Origin: Asterionella formosa
Lineage: Eukaryota
NCBI GenBank assembly: GCA_002256025.1
Contig: NKIB01014396.1
Location: 1 to 43,890 of the forward strand
DNA length: 43,890 nt
Reading direction: 5' to 3'
Shown: positions 24,046 to 33,995 of the stretch, piece after piece
How positions within the stretch are numbered: the first letter of the stretch is position 1
How the letters are laid out: every line of letters starts with the position of its first letter
Translations under genes and position numbers: made by a program
Notes under the pieces: generated by a model
What the model was told of the DNA's origin: nothing
The model's input: the letters and a program-made list of their open reading frames with translations, nothing else
The model's database searches: none

Positions 24046-25194
24046 TTACTCCCGTCTTATCTCACCGGTCCTATCAAGGTCCAGAATGCCTAACGGAGGG
24101 TTGATGTGAAGGACTTGTACTTTCTTTTCCTTCCACCCCAAGGCTTCACACTTTACTTCCGTTCTAGTCCATATCAAGTCTGCCTTACTAATATCCAAAA
24201 CTCTCGAAAGTTCCTTTTCAAAGAGTTCACGTCCGTTTTCCCGCTGACCAGTATCATCATCACTGACAATAATCCATGCACCATGCGACAACGCTTCCGC
24301 AATTCGTCCTGCCAATGCTTGTGCCAGTTTTGCTTCATACATCATGGCACCTGCAACAACAATGGGTTGAAGAATCGATAATGCATCATCCTGATGACTA
24401 TCAGTCGTAATTTTTTGTACTTGCCAAGGGATTGGTACAGAACTTGTCAAATCAAAGTTGGTAGTGGACAATGTCCCCCGTGGGACACTACATAACAAGT
24501 CATGTGATTTGGAATTTTCTTTAATGGCACATGTTTCCTTCCAGCCTTGTTTGGTTAACAACAATGCCACTTTAGAAATATCGGTGGCCAATACTGTGGC
24601 TCCACATTGAGCCGCTACTATGGATACCAGTCCATTCCCGCAACCAAGCTCCACAACAGTGCGTCCCGACATTGTGGACGCTGGTAGTTGAGCTAAAAAC
24701 TGTGCAATCGCCAATGAACTTGGCCAGCATTTTCCTCCATATGGATTTATTGTCGTTTCCCACCATGTTTCGTCATGAACTTGAGACACGAATACCGGTA
24801 CATCAAGGGCATAATGATAGCTACTACTACCATGTCGTGGTGACAGTTGTTGTCGTTTCTCATGTCGAACAAGTGAAATAGGTATTCGCCTTGTGCTAGA
24901 TGGCATGAGTTCTACGGAGCAGTATTCCAAGGGTGTTGATTCATGGTCGACTTGTTGTTGTTGCTGCTCGTCATTGGAAAAAGCATCTGTTTTTGCTTTT
25001 CCTCGTCCTCCTTTTTTGCGTTTCTTGGCAGTCAAAACAGAAACATGAGATTTATATGTTGGCGCAAATGATGCTGATGGTGGCAGGTTTAAACTACCGG
25101 TACCGGTACTAATAAAGCAACCGGTCGGCAAACATTGAAATGCGTTTCCAATTACCCCAATGCTCATTATGAATAAAACCAAACGCCGTGACAT
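24046..25194 (-). CDS. Seven-beta-strand protein lysine methyltransferase (METTL21/EFM, Methyltransf_16-like) with N-terminal presequence
   Basis: YGGKCWPSSLAIAQFL; motif I VVELGCGNGLVSIVAA; post-I VLATD; motif II IVVAGAMMYE. Signal peptide MSRRLVLFIMSIGVIGNA-F followed by a Ser/Thr-rich then basic stretch. Confidence 0.85.
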   Translation of the reverse strand: MSRRLVLFIMSIGVIGNAFQCLPTGCFISTGTGSLNLPPSASFAPTYKSHVSVLTAKKRKKGGRGKAKTDAFSNDEQQQQQVDHESTPLEYCSVELMPSSTRRIPISLVRHEKRQQLSPRHGSSSYHYALDVPVFVSQVHDETWWETTINPYGGKCWPSSLAIAQFLAQLPASTMSGRTVVELGCGNGLVSIVAAQCGATVLATDISKVALLLTKQGWKETCAIKENSKSHDLLCSVPRGTLSTTNFDLTSSVPIPWQVQKITTDSHQDDALSILQPIVVAGAMMYEAKLAQALAGRIAEALSHGAWIIVSDDDTGQRENGRELFEKELSRVLDISKADLIWTRTEVKCEALGWKEKKVQVLHINPPLGILDLDRTGEIRRE

Positions 25195-25998
25195 TATAAG
25201 AAACAGGAATTGTAATTATATACCGGTACCGGTAGTATTATTTATTTTATTCAAGACGAGGATGGCGAATCAAACAAAATGCCGATATGATGATGTATGA
25301 TAGTTCCATCTCTAAATGAAGAAAAAACAGTGAAATACCTACTAGTCTCTACCGTGAAAAAAGGAAGATAAATAGTAAGTAGTACACTGTATGATATGTA
25401 TATAGAAAAGTCGCTGATTGATAGTTGCTGAAATGCAATACCGGTAATGATATACCGGTAGCTACTATGTACTGTGTATGTTCCGGTTGAATGTGTACGA
25501 TACGGGTAGGAAAATTTATCCATGATCGCATCACCATCATTTCCCCCAAAACGAAGTGATTGTTCACGACCCTTTCTTGTGTTCAAGCATTTATCAAATC
25601 ACACAACGACATATAAGAAACCTTAAATATGACAATGTGTTCTCTTTTGACTCTTGTTCGTTGACATAACCACGGTGATGCAGAAGTCGAAGAACAAAGC
25701 TGTCAACAATAAGAAACGCCGCAAGGCTTTTTTAGGCGTCCGATATGACACCAATACATTCCCCGTTGGCGTCAAGTGAACAATATGATTCTCTACTGAC
25801 AAGGAATCAGCAACGAGGCCACTTTTCTGGGATTAGAATGAAGAAAAGCGAACCCCTTGAGATTTGCAAACGCAAGTTGTCAATCGTTAAAAGCTGATGG
25901 ATCATCGGCCCATTTTGCTTGACTTTACACAACTTTGCAAACTCGTCCTCATCGACTAACTGTAAAACCATCTTCTTACGATATCATTGAATGATAAA

Positions 25999-27666
25999 AT
26001 GAAGTTACTTGACAATTTTCGTATTCTTGTCCTTGCTTTTGTGTTTGCTGCTGCTAGTGAGGCACGCATTCTGACGAACCCATCACCTTCTGCTTGCGCA
26101 GAAAAACCAGGATACTACATCAGCAAGACCACAGGAACATGCGTGAAGGCATGCGATGCAACTAACCATGTTGCTTTGTTTGGAACTACAATTTCTTGCA
26201 GCGTTAAATCATTTACATCAAAATATCAAGTGACGTACACAACAATTCCACAATCCATTGTAGGACTTACTCAGTTAACCCTTTTGGATCTGAGTGGAGA
26301 ATTCAGACGCACAATTCCTAGTGAAGTAGGAAAACTCAAAGCCCTGAGGCATTTGGACTTGAGCTACACTAGCCTCTCAGGAATGATTCCGAGTGAATTG
26401 GGAAAACTCACCCTTCTAACAAATTTGGCCTTTTCCAATTGTGGTTTAACTGGTACTATTCCTCATGAGTTGGGTAAGCTCCAACAATTGACTTCCATTG
26501 ATTTGTCATACAACTCTATCAGAGGAACCATTCCTAGTGAATTAAGCATGCTGACAAAGATGCAATCAGTCACTTTGAATGACAATGCTCTCAGAGGATC
26601 CATTCCTCCTAAATTGAGTAAAGCATTGACTTCTCTGGCATTTCATTCAAATCATCTATCTGGAACGATTCCTTCAGAATTGGGCCAACTCAGCCTTCTA
26701 ACCTACCTTGACCTTGTAGGGAATAATCTTGGTGGAAAAATTCCTTCTGAATTGGGGAAACTCACTCGTTTGATAACCATGGGTTTGTCAAGAAATTTGG
26801 ACCTGTCAGGACCAATTCCTAGTACACTGGGAAAACTGAGCCTTCTAAACTTTCTGGATCTTTCCTTCAACAATCTCAATGGAGCGATTCCTAGTACATT
26901 TGGAAATCTCAATATATTTGGTTTGTATCTTACATCCAACAATCTTGATGGAACCATTCCTCATGCATTGACCAGAGCTAGTCACCTGCAATACATGTTT
27001 TTGAGCTCCAACAATCTCAATGGAGCCATTCCTAGTGTATTGGGCCAGATGAAGCAATTGTTAGTGCTGGATTTGAGTTTCAACAATTTCAATGGAACTA
27101 TTCCACCCTCATTAGGCCAACTCAGCAATCTGAATGACTTGGAATTGGGTTCCAACAAACTCAAAGGAAAAATTCCTCCCTCTCTGGGCCAATTGAAGGA
27201 TATGTATCGGTTGGATTTGAGTTCAAACCAACTCAATGGACCTATTCCTGCTTCATTAGGACAACTCAGTCAGATGGGTTATATGGATTTGAGTTCCAAC
27301 AAACTCAATGGAACTATTCCTATCATATTGGGCAAGATGCAGTCATTGTACCAGTTGTATTTGAGTTCCAACAAGCTCAATGGAACCATTCCGCCTGTAT
27401 TGGGTCAACTTAGCAGTATGTGGAAATTGGATTTGAGTTCCAACAAGCTCAAAGGAACTATTCCAAGTGCATTGGGCAAGTTGAAAGGGTTGCAATATTT
27501 GTTTCTTGACACTAATGATTTGAAAGGCTCCATGCCAACTGCCATTTGCAGTTTGAAAGGAAGTGATCCTGAGATGAGTGGTCTCAGTACCCTCACTGCT
27601 GATTGTAAAGGGCCCACTCCTGAAGTGACATGCACTTGTTGCACATCTTGCTTTATGGATCCTTGA
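25999..27666 (+). CDS. Secreted leucine-rich-repeat protein (~18 plant-type 24-aa LRRs, diatom-type Cys C-cap)
   Basis: Signal peptide MKLLDNFRILVLAFVFAAASEA. Repeats LxxLxLSxNxLxGxIPxxLGx. C-cap LTADC....EVTCTCCTSC. No TM or kinase domain. Confidence 0.9.
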   Translation: MKLLDNFRILVLAFVFAAASEARILTNPSPSACAEKPGYYISKTTGTCVKACDATNHVALFGTTISCSVKSFTSKYQVTYTTIPQSIVGLTQLTLLDLSGEFRRTIPSEVGKLKALRHLDLSYTSLSGMIPSELGKLTLLTNLAFSNCGLTGTIPHELGKLQQLTSIDLSYNSIRGTIPSELSMLTKMQSVTLNDNALRGSIPPKLSKALTSLAFHSNHLSGTIPSELGQLSLLTYLDLVGNNLGGKIPSELGKLTRLITMGLSRNLDLSGPIPSTLGKLSLLNFLDLSFNNLNGAIPSTFGNLNIFGLYLTSNNLDGTIPHALTRASHLQYMFLSSNNLNGAIPSVLGQMKQLLVLDLSFNNFNGTIPPSLGQLSNLNDLELGSNKLKGKIPPSLGQLKDMYRLDLSSNQLNGPIPASLGQLSQMGYMDLSSNKLNGTIPIILGKMQSLYQLYLSSNKLNGTIPPVLGQLSSMWKLDLSSNKLKGTIPSALGKLKGLQYLFLDTNDLKGSMPTAICSLKGSDPEMSGLSTLTADCKGPTPEVTCTCCTSCFMDP

Positions 27667-28844
27667 ATGTGGATATCGCTAGTAAGGTCAAGTCAAGCCA
27701 TTGGTCATACTTCTTGTCCTCAAAAGCGACATCTTCTTGCATCTTCATCACCATTACACTTTTTCATGTTGTATTTCCTAAAACTTGTATGGTACCCTCC
27801 AAGCATCAGCCATCAATAGCGGAGCATACTTGAAATTTCGATTTGTTTATTTGTAGTTCTAGTTGTAGTTGTCGCAGTAGTTTGCTACCCTCATCTGCAA
27901 GCATATTTTATAAATATCTAGAAATTTCACGAGAAGTTATCACTAGTAGAACATAATAATTTAGTTTTTTCTGATCTTTCGAAAGATATGACAATGACTA
28001 GCTTTACAGTCAATACCTGGCATGACTCATGGGATGTAGAGAATATGCACAACAGGGAGGTGGTGTGTATTGCTGTGCATCCACAAATCCACAAAATCCT
28101 CCAAAGAGCAAATAACAGATTCATATTGCATTCACATGCCAGCCCAAACTATAGTAGACATGAATTTTTCTAACTGTTTATCATGCCAGTGTTTTGCATT
28201 TTAAAAGCGCATTGTACAGCATTTTTTGGTTGAGAAATATTAAACTAGGATCTAATCTCAGAAGCATGCTTGCTGGCTCCATTGTACAAGCAGACAATAT
28301 GTGCTTTTGGGATTTGAATTCCTTTCAGTAACAAAGTCAAGGACCACAATGTGCGAAAAAAGTATAAGTAACAACAACTGATCCAATAACCTCAACGGGA
28401 TAGAAAATGTAAGAAACCATAACTGACCATCACTATTGTACACTATGAAGTATATGAAGCGAGCTAACCCCAGCCATTATTTAGAGATTCTTCGTATAAC
28501 ATCATATCGTCACTATGATGATCCTGATTTTGATTCTGAATATGTGCGTATGTTTATACATACGCGGTCGGAAACTGACGGAAGAACGTACTTGGAAGGT
28601 CCGGTAAAACGCGGGTTGTACTTAGAAAACAATTAAGCTAAATATCTCAATTACCGGACCTGCACTTGGAGCACAGTATATTGCCAAGTACCAGGTACCT
28701 GGTACCAGGTACCAGGTGCCAGTAGTAAGTACAGATTCCGGTCCTTATCTGAATGCTTTTCCATTTTCTAGCACAGTAAAAACAGAAATACAATTGAGAA
28801 TTTGGTAAAGGAATGTGTGCGACTTACTAGCATCAATTCTCACC

Positions 28845-30119
28845 ATGGCAGGTCCAGTCCACCCGCTCGTCTTTTGGACCCTGGGCTTACTAAACACTTC
28901 CTCCTACGCCATAATGTTAGCCTCAGCGAAGAATATCTCTGAAGGAGGTACTGCGTTGGTCTTTATTGCCAATATTCTCCCGGCGCTGGCCATTAAACTT
29001 TCCGCTCCCTATTGGTTCGATAAAGTTTCGTACGACATGAGACTTACAACGGGCTCCATCCTGATGGCAAGTGCGTTTTGCACGGTGGCATTCTTCCAGG
29101 GGTCTCAGTCAGAGAATGCCCTGTACTTTCAGCTTGTCGGTGTGGCATTTGCGAGTGCCCAGACTGGCATGGGCGAAGCCAGTCTCCTGGCACTGGCAGG
29201 GGCGTCGGATGCGTCCCGGGCGAAGCCACAGTGCTTAACGTGCTTTGCATCTGGGACGGGCTTGGCGGGAGTCTTTGGGTTCTTGTTTAAATATATGCTC
29301 AATTCGGTGTTGGGTTTGAGTATGAGAATGACTTTGATTTGCGCGACTTCCCTGGCTGTCATGTATTTCAGTATCTATCAGGAATTCTTATGGGGACGGA
29401 AAAAGGCCAGAAGTGAACTCACGGCATATAATTCTGCCAAAGGTTTGAACGAGCATGAACCATTGGAATCGTTCTCGCCAGCCGAGATCGCTCCGTTTTG
29501 TGACGATGGCGACGTGAAGGCGTCGAAGCCAAAGATAATGAGAATTAGAGATATGAACACGTACCTACGGCTCCAACTTACACTGTCACTTTATCCATAT
29601 ATGATTCCCCTCTTTGTTGTCTACGCCGCTGAATACAGCATGCAAGCAGGCACATGGACTGCCATTGGGTTTCCAATTACCGACCAGAAAGCTAGGAACG
29701 ATTTCTACTTTGCAGCCAATTGGACCTACTATGCTGGTGTCTTTGTATCCAAAAGTTCCGGTACTCTCTTTACTGCACCAATGTGGCTACTATGGCTCAT
29801 GTCGGGTCTACAATGTGTCAATGTCGGATTCTTTTGGACCGTTGCAGCACATCATATATTTTACAATTGGTGGTTATTAATTGGGTGCTTTTTCACTGGA
29901 TTGTTGGGTGGTGGCGTCTATGTCCATGGATTCACAAGAATATGCATAGACTTACCCAAGGAGCATACCGAATTTGCTCTCTCCGCCACGAGTGTAGCAG
30001 AATGTTTTGGTATATTTGTGGCAGATGTTTGCGGACTCTTTTTGCAATCGTGTTTATATGCTATTAATGGAATATCGGGAGCAGTAGTCCCATGTCCTTT
30101 TGTGGATACTGTAACGTAA
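28845..30119 (+). CDS. CLN3: Battenin / CLN3 family transporter, copy 2
   Basis: Same CLN3 blocks (FWTLGLLNTSSYAIMLASA, GEASLLAL, GTGLAG, YAAEY, YYAGVFVSKSS, GLLGGGVYV). Intact single-exon ORF; ATG at 28845. Confidence 0.92.
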   Translation: MAGPVHPLVFWTLGLLNTSSYAIMLASAKNISEGGTALVFIANILPALAIKLSAPYWFDKVSYDMRLTTGSILMASAFCTVAFFQGSQSENALYFQLVGVAFASAQTGMGEASLLALAGASDASRAKPQCLTCFASGTGLAGVFGFLFKYMLNSVLGLSMRMTLICATSLAVMYFSIYQEFLWGRKKARSELTAYNSAKGLNEHEPLESFSPAEIAPFCDDGDVKASKPKIMRIRDMNTYLRLQLTLSLYPYMIPLFVVYAAEYSMQAGTWTAIGFPITDQKARNDFYFAANWTYYAGVFVSKSSGTLFTAPMWLLWLMSGLQCVNVGFFWTVAAHHIFYNWWLLIGCFFTGLLGGGVYVHGFTRICIDLPKEHTEFALSATSVAECFGIFVADVCGLFLQSCLYAINGISGAVVPCPFVDTVT

Positions 30120-31342
30120 ATGATGAACTATTTTGTTTTGGTCATTGCATAATGTCTATCTTTACATTTATTCTTATGCTTCTATGACACTGGGTAGAAG
30201 TGTCATTCTGAGACAAAAGGGTTTACCCTCTCTAAAAGTAACCACTGTCCGCCCTATCCATGTTAGCAGCTTGGTTTAACTTGCTAGAGTGCGTATAGAT
30301 ATTGTACACCCGAATGCAATACTCTGCTACTATGTTGTTGAACTACATATGTTAATATTCTCTGAATTCATCATGTACTTATTAGCTACTTATAGGTACT
30401 ATTCGCATTCGATTTAGTCTATATTTCCAAGAACATGGACAATGATGCAGGATAGTCCTAGTCTACTAGATGGAATCACTAGGTGGTATAATCGCAATGT
30501 GTAAATATATATGTATAATAATTTTGTCGTCTACGGTACTGTAGTACAGTGGGAACTATGCATTTACTGTACTATAATTTTTGAAATTATAGCTTAACGG
30601 TAAAACTACATTACCGGGAGATAACATCCAAGTGGTGGGGATAAACTACATGTAAATGATATACAGAATCAGTCTACCCGATCATGAGATTGTAATCGGC
30701 CCAGGAGTGCAAATATTTACCACCCCTCCTCCATTGCTAGCTAAGCAAAGTATTCTCCATGCATGCTGAAATAGTATGCATGTAACACCACCATTCGTGC
30801 ATGCGATGAACAATGATCCTGGTGATTTGGCGTTGCATGCATGTGTTGATCCTCTCGCATCAACGGATCGATTCTTCGTGATAAGTTATAACACCCGGTA
30901 CCAGTACTCCTGTACTCCTGGTACCAGGTCCTGGTGTGACGATTCAAATTTTAACACAGTTGTTTCGCACGGCTTATAGAATATGCAATGCGACGTTCAC
31001 AAAAGAATTATTTCATATTTATATTAAAATATGAATATAACTGATGTATAAATGATTAAAAACTGGATATAACTGATGCTTGAATGGTGAGCATTTCTGT
31101 ACTGTATATATAAATTGTCAGGCAGCGCTAGGGGACAAAATAGGAACCCTACCAGTATTCTACGTAGAGTACGTCCTGGTACCAAGACCCGCTGCTAAGA
31201 AAGGAGACGAGAAAACAAATACCGGGGGGTACCTATTTTGCACTAGTGTTGCTATGCTGCCTTTCAAGTCCATTGCATTTAGTGTCTACACGCATGCATG
31301 TCGTATGGGTCTTTATCAATCGAACCACCATCCCGCATCACC

Positions 31343-32617
31343 ATGGTGGCTCCAGTGAACCCGCTCGTCTTCTGGATCCTCGGCTTGCTAAACAACGCAG
31401 CGTATGTCATCATGCTGGCATCAGCGAAGAGCATTTCCGAAGGAGGCACAGCGCTGGTCTTCATTGCAAACATTATTCCCGCCGTCACCATTAAGCTATC
31501 CGCTCCCTACTGGTTCGACAAGGTTTCGTACGATACGAGACTAACGATGGGTTCCATCCTGATGGCGAGCTCCTTTCTTACCGTGGCCTTCTTCCAAGGG
31601 TCCCATTCAAAGTACTCCTTGTACTTTGAGCTCCTCGGAGTTTCGCTCGCCAGTGCGCAGACGGGCATGGGCGAAGCTAGTCTCCTGGCGCTGGCAGGAG
31701 CGTCTGATGCGCCGAGACCGAAACCGGAATGCCTCACGTGCTTTGCCTCTGGGACTGGGCTGGCAGGAATCTTTGGTTTCTTTTTTAAATATATGCTCAA
31801 TTCAGTCTTGGGTCTGAGTATGAGATTGACATTGGTTTGCGCCACATCGCTTTCAGTCATGTACTTTAGCGTCTATCGCAAGTACCTATGGGGTAGGAAG
31901 AAGGCCAGGAGCCTTCTCACTGAACATCCCACTGGTGATGCCGATGCATGCCTGCATGGATATCATCAACCTGCGACGATTGTTCCATTAACGGACGCAC
32001 CCCTTCCTGACGAAGCCTTTGAGGACGAAACTCAATTATCACCAGTCCCAAAGGTCCATGAGATGGATGCGTCTCAACGCTTCAAGCTGACGTTGTCACT
32101 ATACCCCTACATTATCCCTTTATTCCTAGTTTTCGCTGCCGAGTACACCATGCAAGCAGGGACGTGGACGGCAATCGGTTTCCCCATCACTGACGTGAAA
32201 GCCAGAAATGATTTCTACTTTGCCGCCAATTGGACGTATTATGCTGGGGTCTTTGTGTCCAGAAGTTCCGGTACTCTCTTTACCGCTCCAAGGTGGCTGC
32301 TATGGCTCATGCCTATCTTACAATGCATCAATGTGGCATTCTTTTGGATCGTGGCGGCACACCATGTATTTTACAATTGGTGGTTATTAATTGGATGCTT
32401 TTATACTGGGTTACTTGGTGGGGCTGTCTATGTGCATGGGTTCACCAGAATCTGTATAGACTTGCCGAAGGAGCATACGGAGTTTGCCCTGTCGGCCACA
32501 AGTGTGGGGGAGTGCTTTGGGATCCTCGCTGCTGACGTTTGTGGACTCTTTTTGCAATCTTGTCTCTATGCTATAAATGGATTATCAGGAGCAGCAGTAG
32601 TGTGTCCTGTATACTAA
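31343..32617 (+). CDS. CLN3: Battenin / CLN3 family transporter, copy 3
   Basis: Same CLN3 blocks; very similar to copy 2 (long identical nucleotide runs). ATG at 31343 (alternative 31298). Ends CPVY*. Confidence 0.92.
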   Translation: MVAPVNPLVFWILGLLNNAAYVIMLASAKSISEGGTALVFIANIIPAVTIKLSAPYWFDKVSYDTRLTMGSILMASSFLTVAFFQGSHSKYSLYFELLGVSLASAQTGMGEASLLALAGASDAPRPKPECLTCFASGTGLAGIFGFFFKYMLNSVLGLSMRLTLVCATSLSVMYFSVYRKYLWGRKKARSLLTEHPTGDADACLHGYHQPATIVPLTDAPLPDEAFEDETQLSPVPKVHEMDASQRFKLTLSLYPYIIPLFLVFAAEYTMQAGTWTAIGFPITDVKARNDFYFAANWTYYAGVFVSRSSGTLFTAPRWLLWLMPILQCINVAFFWIVAAHHVFYNWWLLIGCFYTGLLGGAVYVHGFTRICIDLPKEHTEFALSATSVGECFGILAADVCGLFLQSCLYAINGLSGAAVVCPVY

Positions 32618-33995
32618 TATTTTTAAACTCACGCGTAATCTCGGAAATTTGCGCTTGATTATTACATCATTGTGCTGTTCATAATGTGTCCATACATTAT
32701 GTTGAACGACCGTGACAGTCGAATATAACTGTGACAAACGTGCTATTTTCAATTCTTCAATAGTCGTACTCTTGCTTAGAGGGAAGTAACTCTACCGTAC
32801 GTAGTAAATCCTTTCTAGCCTTCCCAGACTCTCGTCGTCGTCCTATGTACCTCTACACGTACATATCATTAGACTTCATACTACGGTACTTCGCTCCTTG
32901 CAAAACGACCGACAGCCTAATAGGAACTGTGGTCAACGAATTTGATTAGTACTACCGGTATTTTAGTTCAGTGTAGACTGCCAGTATATAGAATACATTC
33001 CTATACTAGTGTACCGGTATGCAATTGGTCTAGTAAGGAGTACTATGTTGGGGGGGGAGAAACGATTTTGCCTTGGAACGAATCCCACGACGAATTAAAA
33101 AACACCTTCACGGTGCGCACAGCATCGCTCGGATCTTAATCGTGGTCGTACTCGGGAGTATTACCTGGTAGCTACCGGTATTGTTAGTTAGTATGATATC
33201 TAACACTGCATCGGTCTAGACTAATATCGCTCGGTACCAGGTACTTTTATAGAGGAGCGAAGGGGCATTTTATTCTATGTATTGCATATGTCGACCCTTA
33301 TACTACCGATATGTATATTTGAGGAATCTACCGTACTATTGTGATGAGCAATCGGAGCAATAGACAGTTACTTAAACTACCACCGGTGTACTATAATAGA
33401 GAAACTTTCCAATGGAGATACCGGTAGTTTTCTTATCCCACGGCACCGAATACATTATATCAAATGACGAGGTCGTTACAGCTATTTACGTTGGATATGG
33501 ACGTCTACCGGTAGTAATGTCGCTTATGTCCGATATATAAATTTATCCACGTAAAACCTGGTCGTTTTCTCTGAGAGGACTCCTCCTGTTAGGCGACGAG
33601 CAATTCGTGGGACAATTGTGCCGCAGTCGTGATGCGGTCGTGCACACCTCACAACTTCCCGCCATCACAAAGCTTAAATAGATATTAACAAATTGGTAGA
33701 GTGAAAGAGATGTCATAAATTTCATTCCTTTCAGCTTTAAATTCGGTAAGTGACTTGGTGGCAGCAATATCGAGAACCGTGCGACCCTGTACATATTGTG
33801 ACCCATGATCTGTCAGATGTGGCTGCAAGATGCTAAAGCAAGTCTCATATGGTTACAAATAAATCATACCAGAATGGTGGAATAGCTTTCAAAACATCGT
33901 GATTAATATTGCTTGTTTCGTCAACACACTATTTTCTAAGCGACTCTATGCAATCAAATCTCCTTCAATTCACAGACCAGCATTCCAACGTAACA

